A stretch of DNA of 64,000 nucleotides from Raja brachyura (Eukaryota), in contig OY740801.1 of assembly GCA_963514005.1 (NCBI GenBank), positions 4,092,001 to 4,156,000 on the forward strand, written 5' to 3'. A model generated the notes under the pieces. It did no database searches. It was not told where the DNA came from and was given only the letters and a program-made list of their open reading frames with translations. Below, piece by piece: positions 14,137-25,765 of this stretch; position 1 is the stretch's first letter; the number at the start of each line of letters is the position of its first letter. The position numbers were made by a program, and so were the translations under genes.

Positions 14137-14447
14137 TATATCCCTCTAAACCTTTTCTAAACCTGTGGTAGGTGTCTGCTGATAAATATTGCATTACATG
14201 TAAATAAACAGTGGGAGAATGAGAGAGAGATGAATTTGGCCCAAATACAGAATCTCATGCAGCAATTTGGCAGATGTTTAACATTTAGTTTATGATTTTT
14301 TCTCCTATTGGCTTTGTATTGTGAAAGACACTAAATATACTGAACAAAGAACATTTAAAATGCAAAATTAATCAAGCTTTCCAAATTAGCAAATTGGTGG
14401 GAATTCCACAAAATGTTGTGTTATAGGAAAACAGGATTAATACTCAC

Positions 14448-14498
14448 CAGTTGTCCAATTTGGTCAAGGTTATCCAAGAAATACTTCACTGATTCACC
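14448..14498 (-). CDS. GNA12: GNA12 coding exon 3 (51 nt, GESVKYFLDNLDQIGQL); too short for the ORF track
   Basis: Minus strand reads ccaacag|GGTGAATCAGTGAAG...GGACAACTG|gtgagta. It joins exon 2 (..EFQL) to exon 4 (SYLPS..) in frame. Confidence 0.96.
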
Positions 14499-17400
14499 CT
14501 GTTGGCAGGATAAAAGTTGTTTTTTTTTTAAATCGGTTTCAACTTCCAAAATTAACTGCAACTCATCAATAATTAGATTAAAAAGTGCCATTGGGAAAAT
14601 TTCTCAAAGCAGGCCAGACATACGCTCTTCTTAATAGTTCTTAAGTCTTTTGCATTAATGAGTAAAATGAGCGCAATACCACCGGGTTCAGAAGTTAATG
14701 TTTAAAGTAAAATACAATTTTCAAACTTAATTCAGACAAAGACTAAAAATCTCAACTCCAGTATTTTTCCAACTCTGCTTTGGCCTTATTTTGCGTGCAG
14801 TAAAAAAAAAAAATCCAAAATTAAAATTAATAAAATACTTCATTTACACGTTAATCTGACCACATAAGCATTTAAAATTGTGCAATTTTAGTAAGCATTC
14901 TAGCTCATTCTCCACATTTTTAACTGAGCAGATGTATCAGTATCCATTTCGATGAGCAATCAGATATTTTTTCTCTATTCCAGTCTCTTTCAGATCAAAA
15001 TACGAAATTTAAAAAAGTATTTACTCACAGAATTAATAAAAATGGAAATACATACCCTTTATGTCCCAAGGTTTCACACTATATTTAGATCTATATTCTT
15101 CAAGAATACTTATATGCATTACATTTTAGAACGTTAGTGCATAAGGAGCAACCACCTAGCCCATCAGGTCTATGCCAACCAAAAACGGAGTTTGGAAGAA
15201 TCCCATTTCCCTGCTTTTGGTTGAAAAGTTAGAAAGCTACGACATGCAAGTACTTTCTAAATAAACAAGATTTCTGCTTCTACCACCTTTTCAGCATGAA
15301 ATTCAAAACCGTCCAGACCCAAGGAGTGAATCTTCAATTCCCCTTTAACTGTTGCACCAGTCACCCAGTTATTACCAATCCTGTTAAAGGATACAGATGT
15401 CTCCTTTTCTACAAGTCTCAATTTGATACAATCTCAAACAAATCTCCTCTCGATGTCATGTACTCGGAGAAATAACATTTCTCATCATCTCAAAAGGCTC
15501 TGGCCTTGACAATATCCTCAAATTCCTTCTGCACTCTTGCGTGCTATTACATCTTTCCCTGCGGTGTGATGATTGGAATTATGCATGGTATTCTACTTGT
15601 GACCTAATGGATGGCAGACTTCCCTGCTCTTGTAATATGTGCCTTAACCAAAGAAAGTCAATATTCTCCTTAAGCAACTTTATATCCATGCTGCTAGTTT
15701 CAAGAATCTTGGACATGTGTTCTCCAAACTTCATGGTTGAATAATTTGTTTATGCTCTTCAAACTATCTTGAGAAATAATTAAATCTACAGTATATGGCA
15801 ATTTGCAAATTCTCCACCCATCTTTCCGAGAGAATTTCAAAGGATTCCTCATGAGGCCTAGGGGCACAACAATTTTTTTTTTAAAGTCAATATTTTCCTC
15901 AATAACGTTATTATCTTCCACTTGGCATTAGCATCTACATTAATCATGTTAATTATTGTCAGTTGACAGATTCAGCTGCAGATTTAATTGCTTTTGTGCA
16001 ATATCAAGTTAAAAACTCTACAATCACTCAATTTCTTCACATCATTTGCAATCTTACCATTTTACAATTGGCTTATCATTTTGTAAAGACCATTGCAATA
16101 ATTCTTAAATGGGATAACATCTACATTTTTGCTTCAAGTCCAATGCAATCCATTTTACTGTGTAGTGAATGGCTTTTCTACTTTCAATAATGACAAGAAT
16201 TGCAATTACTTCAAGTACTTTACTATATCAACTGCTTCAGGATAAGTAGTTTGGCAGAACAAAACTCCGTTTTATTTTAGTCCAGTAACAAAACATGACG
16301 AAGTAGACATCTTGGTTATTCTTTTCATTATTTTCCTCAAAAATAAAAGCATATCGAACAATAGCTCAACAAATCAACCGACCAAGAATAAGATAAAATG
16401 ATTATTGTTTACCCTAGGTGCGTGGATAATTCACATCCAGGCAAATATTGGAGATTTCTTAGTGTCTTACTTAGTACTTATAAACGTCTTTCCAGAAATA
16501 TAGCACTAATTGAATCAGCAATAAAAAATAATTATAATATTGTGCAAAGAGCAACGGGTTACAAAACAGCATCGCTATGCCGAGAATCTGGCACAAACCA
16601 CAATCTACCCCCCCACTGCTGTACTGGGAAGATGGGTGCTGATAATCTGGCACGAATCCCACCCTCCAATGTTCTTGCAGCATTAAACCCCCTGCTGCTC
16701 AGTATTGTGCTGTTGCTTGTTAGGTGAGTTGGAACGAACAGTCTGGAAGCTCAGATCTGAGATGATTACTATCATAAGGATTCCTCAGGTAGACTGTGTT
16801 GCCAAACAAAAAGAGAGAGACAGCAGTTTCCATCACATCCAACAGGAGGGATTGGGGCCATCTACCGATACATGGAACCATTGCTGCTAATAGCAATAAT
16901 GGCCCAAATTCACATTGCTGCTCAGATTGCAATCCTGAACCCCACATATGGGTGCTGAGTGACCACATCACTACCCCCCAGTCCACCTCTCCACACCAAG
17001 TAAAAGGCAATTATTTTACTGAAAGCAGCAGAGGGCAATTCCTACCAAGCCCCCAACACAACAGCATATAGCAATAAGGACAGGTGCTACAGTCCAACAA
17101 AGCAGCACACAGCTCATGCATATTCATATTTTGGTTAATAATATAATAACAGGGACTTGTACCCACAAGTGTTTTGACTGGAAGATCAGGAGCACTTTAA
17201 TGAATCAGCACTCGACAGAATTGCTTTAAAATGGGATATTAGTGTACTCTTCACATTATAACTACCAATAAAAGTATCAAGGGCTCTATTGTGATCTGAT
17301 GTAATTCTGCAACTCATAGAACAAATTCCAATGGTCATTAATCATGTGTACTCGGGAACTGAATCACCAAACCAGTTTGAAGGTACATTAATTTATAATA

Positions 17401-18647
17401 ACCCATAAAACGCCATTTAGTCCCAGAAATTAATTTTAACTCCACTGGAAAGCAAGTTTAAACTAAAGTGACAGATATACTACTCTGATCGTGCTGGTAG
17501 TACTCTTGGATCACACTTTTAAATAGTTGTGAGAGATCACACAGGAAGTTAGTGGATTTAATCACACATGGAGAACAGTGCCAATGATGCTATTGCGTCC
17601 TGACACCGAGCCTGAAAAGGAAATACTTTGTGCATTCATCATCTACTCATCCTGTGACAAGAGGCTCGGGCAGAAAGACAAGATTCTGTTTCTTGCAAAG
17701 CAACTATTTTTTTCTGCTTCCTTGCAAGCCACAATGAGTAGGAATACACCCATATGATTTGTAAGGAGTTCCTGGGTTTCCTTTGTCACAAGATTGACTC
17801 CCTTTCCCCAAAGCCAACCATTCTCCCAGCCACCCGCCCAATCATTAACACAGTACAGGAGCCTGGTTGCCTCATAACACTTCCCACTTGGTTTTAGAGA
17901 GCGAGGTAGAAGTGCAACAGGGAATATGTCCTCAGCTTTCTGATATGCCACTGGCCAAAATCCCCCAACTGAATCAAAGCAACCACTTTAATCTCCACGA
18001 TTTAATGAAGTGCCTTTCTCAGAATGGGTTAAATTCCCAATGTCTCACTACTGTCCAAGATTGCTCATCAGGATGGTTACAATTAGAAATGAAAACAATT
18101 TCCAGCTACCTCAGAGTGGTTCATGGTTAATATTTTGTCTGTCGTTCCTCTTCCTACTATTGTTCTTGCTGTGTCCCTCAACGGTGGAGGAAATCTCATC
18201 TGAAAATTCCCCAATCAAACTCACTAATCAAACAAAGTGCGACAGAGGCATAAGGAACTGCAGATGCTGGAATCACACAGTTGAAAAGCTCAGTTCACCA
18301 CTGAATTCACATCAACCATTGCACATATCAAATCTAAATTAAATTGGTAAAATTTGCGCAAAATCAAACTGGTTCCTTTTTTTAATTACTGCAAGAGTAC
18401 ATCAACCATGCACAAGGCCACCACGATCTCCTTCCCCAACCCTTTAGTACCGACCAATAACTGCACTCAAACTACCCTACCCCCAATGAATGACAAACTG
18501 CCGAGGATTTTATTAAACCTCCTCGTGCATTGATAGAAACCCAGCTCTCAACTACCCAAAGTCATCCTACTTTGATCACCCACTCACAATAGTTCTAAGT
18601 TATCTTCCTTTCTCATCTACTCTCTGCACATTAGGTGCTTTTCTTTT

Positions 18648-18832
18648 TCCACCAATTAACTTACAAACTCGCACACCATTGGGAAGTGGGAATAAATCAG
18701 AGCACCCAGAGAAAACCCACTCAGTCACAGGGAGAACATGCAAACTCCACACAGACAGCACTCAAGGTCAGGATCGAAGACTGAATCTGTGACGCTGTGA
18801 GGCAGCAGCTCTACAAGCTATACCACTGTGTC
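18648..18832 (-). mobile_element. HE1-like SINE, diverged, lacks tail
   Basis: GGGAGAACATGCAAACTCCACACAGACAGCAC...GGATCGAA is the reverse of the head and central domain. Confidence 0.75.
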
Positions 18833-20314
18833 ATGATAAAGATTGTTAATGAGCTGGAACATTTGTGTCAGCCTAGTATTAATATCGTACTAAAAAATGA
18901 TCTAAAAAAGGCCTCATTGGTGTTATGAATTAAAATTGGATAGAGCTAAAAAAAAAAAAATGGATATTCAGGATAGAATAAACCTTTATTTGGAAAGTTA
19001 GACCATCTCAGGAACTACTGGGAATCAAAGCCTATGCAAGGGTCAGTATTACATACCAGGTTTATACAAAGTGTTTCTAATCCCCTGCTTCTCACACTGT
19101 GCCATACAGTATTTTGCTCATGATAATCTGTTTTCTTACAAACCTTCCAGCAGTTCTCATTCCTTTTATCAAAGGGAGTTGGCATCAGTAGTGCTTACGT
19201 TGTAGTTTCTAAAGATGGAAACAACCCAAAAAAAGGCAATGTCCTTGAAAAACAAGAACACAACTAGCCACATCAAAATGGCTGTAATACATGATCCCAT
19301 CAGGGTTAGTTTCTAAATATGCCAAGATTCCACCATTCTGCAGACGATTAACACAAACCAAGACTTACATTCCAGTTAGTTGAAGGAACACATTATTTTC
19401 GTACAATTTAAGTCTGTAAACCTAAAATTTCATATTCATCCAAAGCAAAATCTGTGATTTAACCTCATCCACAGACATATCAGGCAAACCAGAAAATTTG
19501 CCTGATATTACAGCCTACCCTAGCCCCTTGGTTTTTCCACATTTGGGATCATGGGATGGGTGGGGGAAGAGGATTGGTGTGGAAGAATGTAAATGAATAA
19601 AAATAAATACAATACTACTGTACTTTGGGCTAACCTTTCACTGCAGAAAAATGTGCACTGAACTGAACTTCTTTGTTTGATGCCTTAAAAAAAAACCCAT
19701 TGAATCTTCAAAGTTTGGCATTTGAAAAAAAAACATGCAGTGGTTTCTGGTAGTAATAGTTCAGAGTTGTTAAATTGGAGACTATCAAGTCTCTCACCAA
19801 ACAAAATATTGTGTCATTTATGGTTAACGGAGAGCAGCTTTTCACAAAGTTGTTTGCAAATATACAAAACAGATAATGAGCCACTAAACGATGTGGTCAC
19901 GAACATTCAATGGCCTGAATCATTCCATGGAACACCAGCAGTTCTGTACAGAACTATCAACATTTTCATTTGCTATGGTTTATTTACTGTCACATGATCA
20001 GAGAAACGGTGAAATTCTTGTTCATCATACTATACACGAGTGCAGTAGATCCTCCTCTGGGATAGCTTACGCAGAGACACCACATAACTGTGCAATCTTG
20101 TTGCTTCCAAGTCGCTAAAAAGTCCAATCTTGACCAGTTTCCTGATGTCATTGGATCGATGACGCAGGGGTTGGCCTGGCACGACGCAATGCCATTGGCT
20201 CCTTCCACGTACTCCACGCAGCTGCCACAGGCTATGCTCGATCCTCTTGATCACCTGGCTGCTATATGTAGGACATTACCGGGCCACCTCTGCCAATACC
20301 GTGACCTGCATAAG

Positions 20315-20890
20315 GTCATACATAAGTTATAGGAGTAGAATTAGGCCATTCAGCCTATCAAGTCTACTCCGCTATTCAATCATGGCGGATCTACCTCCCT
20401 CCTAACATCATTCTCTGGCCTTCTCCCCATATCCGCCGACACCCGTGCTAATCAAAAATCTATCTCTGCCTTAAAAATATCCGCCGACTTGGCCTCCACA
20501 GCGTTCTGTGGCAAAGAATTCCACAGATTCACCACCCTCTGACTTAATAAATGTTTTCACCTCCTTCCTAAAATAAATTCCTTTAATTCTGAGGCTATGA
20601 CCTCTAGCCCTAGACTCTCCCACTTGTGGAAACATCTCCTACACATCCACTCTATCCAAGTCTTTCACTATTTTGGATATCGCGTCCAAAATTGCTTTTG
20701 TAGACAAGCCCTCTTGAAATAAATGCTAGTATTGAGTTTGCTTTTTTTACTATCAATTCGACTTGCAGATTCACTTTTTGGGAATCCTGCACCAGCACTC
20801 CCAAGTCCCTATGCACCTCCGGTTTCTGGATTTGCTCTGCATTTAGAAAATAGTCGACACCTTTATTCCTACCGCAACCACCACAGACAC
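20315..20890 (-). mobile_element. CR1-type LINE 3' fragment with internal deletion
   Basis: VDYFLN...RDLGVLVQDSQKVNLQV...KKANSILAFISRG and the CR1 tail in reverse. Confidence 0.85.
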
Positions 20891-21024
20891 ACCATCTGCC
20901 TCCTTCAGCCACCGTCCCTCTGGTTTGATGGACTTGGGCCTCCATGTTGTGTTTCTCCAGATAATCACAGTAGCCCAATCTACTGTTTCAGTTCATTAAC
21001 AATCTGAAGCTAGTTCCTTTTCTC

Positions 21025-21107
21025 AGATTGTTTTATGTGAAATGTACATCAACATTGTTTTCAATTGTTTAAAACAATGTTGATGTACATTTCACATAGA
21101 ACAATCT
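21025..21107. repeat. Near-perfect inverted repeat, 37-bp arms, 9-nt loop
   Basis: AGATTGTTTTATGTGAAATGTACATCAACATTGTTTT-caattgttt-AAAACAATGTTGATGTACATTTCACATAGAACAATCT, with one mismatch. Confidence 0.95.
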
Positions 21108-22043
21108 TTACCATGTAGGAGGTTCAAGATTCCTATGTGATGGCCAGAATCTCAAATCACTGCACAACTAATCACTGGTGTTTTCTCAATTGTACTTTGA
21201 CAATGAACTCCTCACAGAGTTCAGCTGGAAAAAGAACCTTGCAGATTTCCCATGACTTGTACTTTCCTCCCCCTCTCTCATTTTATAGAAATAGTTAAGT
21301 ATTTCAAAATATGTTAACATTTTCTAATGTTTTTGAATTATTTTTAAATAATCTCTTGCTTTGGAATGTCAAGGACATCGAAAACATCCAGGCAAATCGG
21401 GGTGGTATAAATGGCAGTCAAAGACATTCCATTGGCTGGTTTTACAAAGTACAAATTGAACAAGACCTCATGAAATGAGTGGAGCCAACATCACAGAGGA
21501 AGTTGGTAACCAGTAGTCCATTCCACTTAAAACTTGGTTTAAGGTAGTGGCAGAAGTAAGGCAACTTTCACAATGCAATTTGAACATAACTTTAAATCTG
21601 AAGATTCAAGAACAGGTTTCAAAGGTCTTTTATTGTCACGTGTGCCAATTAAGGTAGTGATATTTGAATGACCAATTCAAAGGGCAAAAAAGATTAGAGT
21701 AGAGAAATAACCATGAGTATATAAAATTATAAGAAAAAATGATTGGATAGAAGGTCAGAACAGTCATAGTATTTGACATTAATTCCCAGGGTGGAAATGT
21801 CAAATACTGGAGGGCATAACTTTCAGATGAAAGGAATAAAGATTAAAGGAGATTTAAAACAAAACAGTGGTAGGTACCTGGAACACGTGGCTAGGGGCGG
21901 TAGTGAAGATCGACCTATACCATAGTGGTATTTAAGAGGCTTTTAGATATACACATGAATATTCCCCATGACCTTACCATTCACAGTGTATGCCCATGAA
22001 TTTCATTTATCAATGCATTCAAACCCATTTAAGACAAATGTTG

Positions 22044-22227
22044 CAGGAAGAAACTGCAGATGCTAGTTTATACCGAAGATAGACAAAAATACTGGAGTAA
22101 CTCATTGGGACAGGCAGCATCTCTGGATAGAAGGAATGGGTGACGTTATTGGAAAACGTCACCCATTCCTTTTATCCAGAGATGCTGCCTGCCCCAATGA
22201 GTTACTCCACTAATTTTGTCTATCTTC
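22044..22227. mobile_element. Penelope-like terminal-repeat fragment in fold-back arrangement
   Basis: Inverted arms of ~70 bp, GAAGATAGACAAAA...GGGTGACGTT / AACGTCACCC...TTTTGTCTATCTTC. Confidence 0.7.
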
Positions 22228-22965
22228 TACTTTTAAGGCTACTAATAACTTGAGTTTCTCAATGGCAACGTTTTATCCTTCATCTAATAAGCAGTTTTTA
22301 ACCAAACATTCTTTATAACTACATCACCACGGCACTATATTTATTGGTGGCAAATTGAGTGATTAACAAATAGCAAAGGGACATCACACCACTTGATAAA
22401 TGAATGCGACAAGCAGCTTTGAGTTAACTTCTAGAAAAATAACTTTTGACATCAATACCCAACACAACAGAATTTTGTTTTTCCGAACCAAAAGGACCTC
22501 GATAATGTGATACGGTATGAACACGGAGCATTTTTATTCAGGTTAACAACAGACAAGAAAAAATATGTAGGAAGGAAATGCAGATGCTCGTGTTAGACGG
22601 ACATTAAAACTGTGACTAACTCAGCGGGTCAGGCAGCTTCTCTGGAGAAAAGAAATAGATGACGTTTCAGGTCAAGACTCTTCATTAGACTGGGAGTCAG
22701 GGGAAGAAAAAAAGAGAGAGCAATTGTACTTGGGACAAATAAATGGAAAACATGCAATATTGATTCTTGCATATTTAAAAAGGAATTACATTTATTTCAA
22801 TTACTTCTCAGGAAGTGCAATTTTAAAACAAAAATGTTCATGCCGTGAGTGCACATGTGATCTGGTGAGCAAGCACAATTGCTCCTGGACTACACAAAGC
22901 ATTTAAAAAAGTACTATAAATCACCAATTCTGAAATTAATATTTACAGTCTACCCAAGAGCTATT

Positions 22966-23920
22966 CATAGAATCATAGAAAATAGGTGCAGGAGTAGGCC
23001 ATTCGGCCCTTCGAGCTTGCACCGCCATTCAATATGATCATGGTTGATCATCCAAATCAGTATCCTGTACCCGCCTTCTCTCCATACCCCCTGATCCCTT
23101 CAGCCACAAGGGCCACATCTAACTCCCTCGTAAATATAGCCAATGAACTGGCCTCAACTACCTTCTGTGGCAGAGAATTCCACAGACTCACCACTCTGTG
23201 AAAAATGATCTTCTCATCTCGGTCCTAAAAGACTTCCCCCTTATCCTTGAACTGTGACGCCTTGTTCTGGAGTTCCCCAACATCGGGAACAATCTTCCTG
23301 CATCTAGCCTGTCCAACCCCTTAAGAATTTTGTAAGTCTCTATAAGATCCCCCCTCAATCTCCTAAATTCCAGCGAGTACAAGCCGAGTCTATCCAGTCT
23401 TTCTTCATATGGAAGTCCTGCCATCCCAGGAATCAGTCTAGTGGACCTTCTCTGTACTCACTCTATGGCAAGAATGTCTTTCCTCAGATTAGGAGACCAA
23501 AACTGTACGCAATACTCCAGGTGTGGCCTCACCAAGACCCTGTACAACTGCAGTAGAACCTCCCTGCTCTTGTACTCAAATCCTTTTGCTATGAATGCCA
23601 ACATACCATTCGCTTTCTTCACAGCCTGCTGCACCTGCATGCCTACTTTCAATGTCTGGTGTACCATGACACCCAGGTCTCGTTGCATCTCCCCTTTTCC
23701 TAATCGGCCACCATTCAGATAATAATCTACACTCCTGTTTTTGCCACCAAAGTGGATAACCTCACATTTATCCACATTATACTGCATCTGCCATGCATTT
23801 GCCCACTCACCCAACCTATCCAAGTCACCTTGCAGCCTCCTAGCATCCTCCTCACAGATAACACTGCCCCCAGCTTCGTGTCAAGAGCAAACTTGGAGAT
23901 GTTGCATTCAATTCCCTCAT
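22966..23920 (-). mobile_element. Young 5'-truncated CR1-type LINE (ORF2 C-terminus)
   Basis: Near-open frames WQMQYNVDKCEVIHFG...RPHLEYCVQFWSP and YEERLDRLGLYSLEFRRLRGDLIETYKI, with a (TTCTATGA)n tail. Confidence 0.92.
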
Positions 23921-23989
23921 CGATACATTTACAGCTTTTTGGAAGCTATCAATTTATTAAAAAATATTCAAGGTCAAGAATACCAAAGT

Positions 23990-25100
23990 ATTCAGAGTAG
24001 ACTTCTAACATGCATCAAGGAGGGCCCTGTAAATCAGACAATCCTATTTGGGACGGGGCTGCACCTGACCTAATCCTACAGAATAGGATACGACCTGGCT
24101 AAGGCAGGTAGTGGAGGTATCAGTGGGGGAGCGATTTGGAAACAGTGATCACAACTCGAGATTTAAGGCCGTTGTGGAAAGGAATAAAGACAGTCCAGAT
24201 ATTAAGTGTCTATTTTAATATAATTAGTCTGGCAAAGACTGGGAGCATCTCCTTGCGGGAAATATCTATTATATCCATAAACAGTCAGTCAAAAAGTAGA
24301 ATAGTGAAAGTTCAGTACCAACATGTTCCAAAAAGGATGAATGACAAGGATGACAATCCCAAGAAACTCTGGATGTCAAGGGATATAGAAGGTTTGATTG
24401 AATAAACAAAAAGTGGTAAGTTGGTTAGTTTAGTGTACTGAAAACCAGGGAGGACCTTCAGAGGTATTCAGAGTCTAACATGGTCCTAAAACATTATAAG
24501 GACCAAAGAATCTCACAAGCAGTCAAGATTTAAGAAAGGTTTACAGCATTTTATGTATATAATAAAGAGCAAGAATGTAGATGGTCCACTAGGGACCAAA
24601 GTGGTAACCAGTGTATAGAGCCAGGGGACTTAAATGAATACTTTTCATCCATGGTAGACAAAAATGCTGGAGAAACTCGAGCATTTTTGTCTACCTTCGA
24701 TTTTTCCAGCATCTGCAGATCTTTCTTAAACTTTTCATCCATATTCACTTTGGAGAAAGACTTTGTAGTTGGAGACTTCAGTAATGCTAGTATTAGAGAT
24801 AGCTGGCAGGTAATTGTACATATCCAAAAATTATGAGAAATTATGAGAAACATATGTTAAGCAGAGTGTAGGTCACTTTTCCCACATGGCAAAGGTTTAA
24901 GGCGATTAGTTATAGATTTAGAGAGGATTGGAGATATAATTTTTTCACCCTGAATGGGGTTGCAATTTCATATTGCCCAGCACTTGCATTGCCAAAACAT
25001 AAAAGGCTAAGGATCAAGTGCAGGTAAATGGGATTAGAATAGCTAGATAGTTGTTGGTTGGTATGGTAGTCCAAAGGGCCAGTTTCTGCATTTTCACATT
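23990..25100 (+). mobile_element. Old, heavily deleted CR1-type LINE (endonuclease end to tail)
   Basis: ...QVVEVSVGE.FGNSDHNS endonuclease motif at ~24105-24158 and a degenerate tail at ~25080. Confidence 0.6.
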
Positions 25101-25665
25101 GGGAAAGCAACCAAAGAGCTTCGACCCATCTTTTTAAGCATTCAAGGAAATAAAAATACTGCTTGGTGAGCCTGTTAGAGTCTTGTAGTAAGGGGATACA
25201 CAATGCAACAAAAGAGAGCACATAACACCCAAGAAAGTAGTTTTCAGGCAAAAGGGACAAATTTATTACATTTACGAAATATAATTAACTCCAGAGAAAA
25301 CATTTAAAAAATACCACAAATATCTATCTAACATATTTTCCAAAACAGTTAGCAAAACTCAAAATGCTGAATAAATTAGATATAACCAGAGCACAACACT
25401 TTAGAAAATTATAGGGTTGCAGTACTTGAGAGTTTGAGATCAAGGGCATTCATATGGTCATTAACATTTATGTATTAGCTCGAACAAATCTACTTTATCT
25501 ATTTTGAGAGCCAGTGTTGCAATGGGTTAATGCCACCAGTTCCTCACGCATGCAGTTTCAAGCAGTTAACAACAAACCAAAATGTAATTTAACATTTTTA
25601 GAATGACTTTATAAAGGTGGTGCAAGAAAAATTACAATAATTGGTACCGTCAGGATTTTGATCAT

Positions 25666-25765
25666 GAAGATAGACACAAAAAGTTGGAGTAACTCAGCGG
25701 GGACAGGAGGCATCTCTGGAGATAAGGAATGGATGACGTTTCGGGTCAAGACCCTTCTTCAGACT
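25666..25765 (-). mobile_element. Penelope-like terminal repeat with minimal hammerhead-like core
   Basis: Minus strand AGT-CTGAAGA-A-GGGTCTTGACCC-GAAA-CGTC, followed by the family body (CCAGAGATGC...CTGAGTTACTCCA). Confidence 0.65.
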
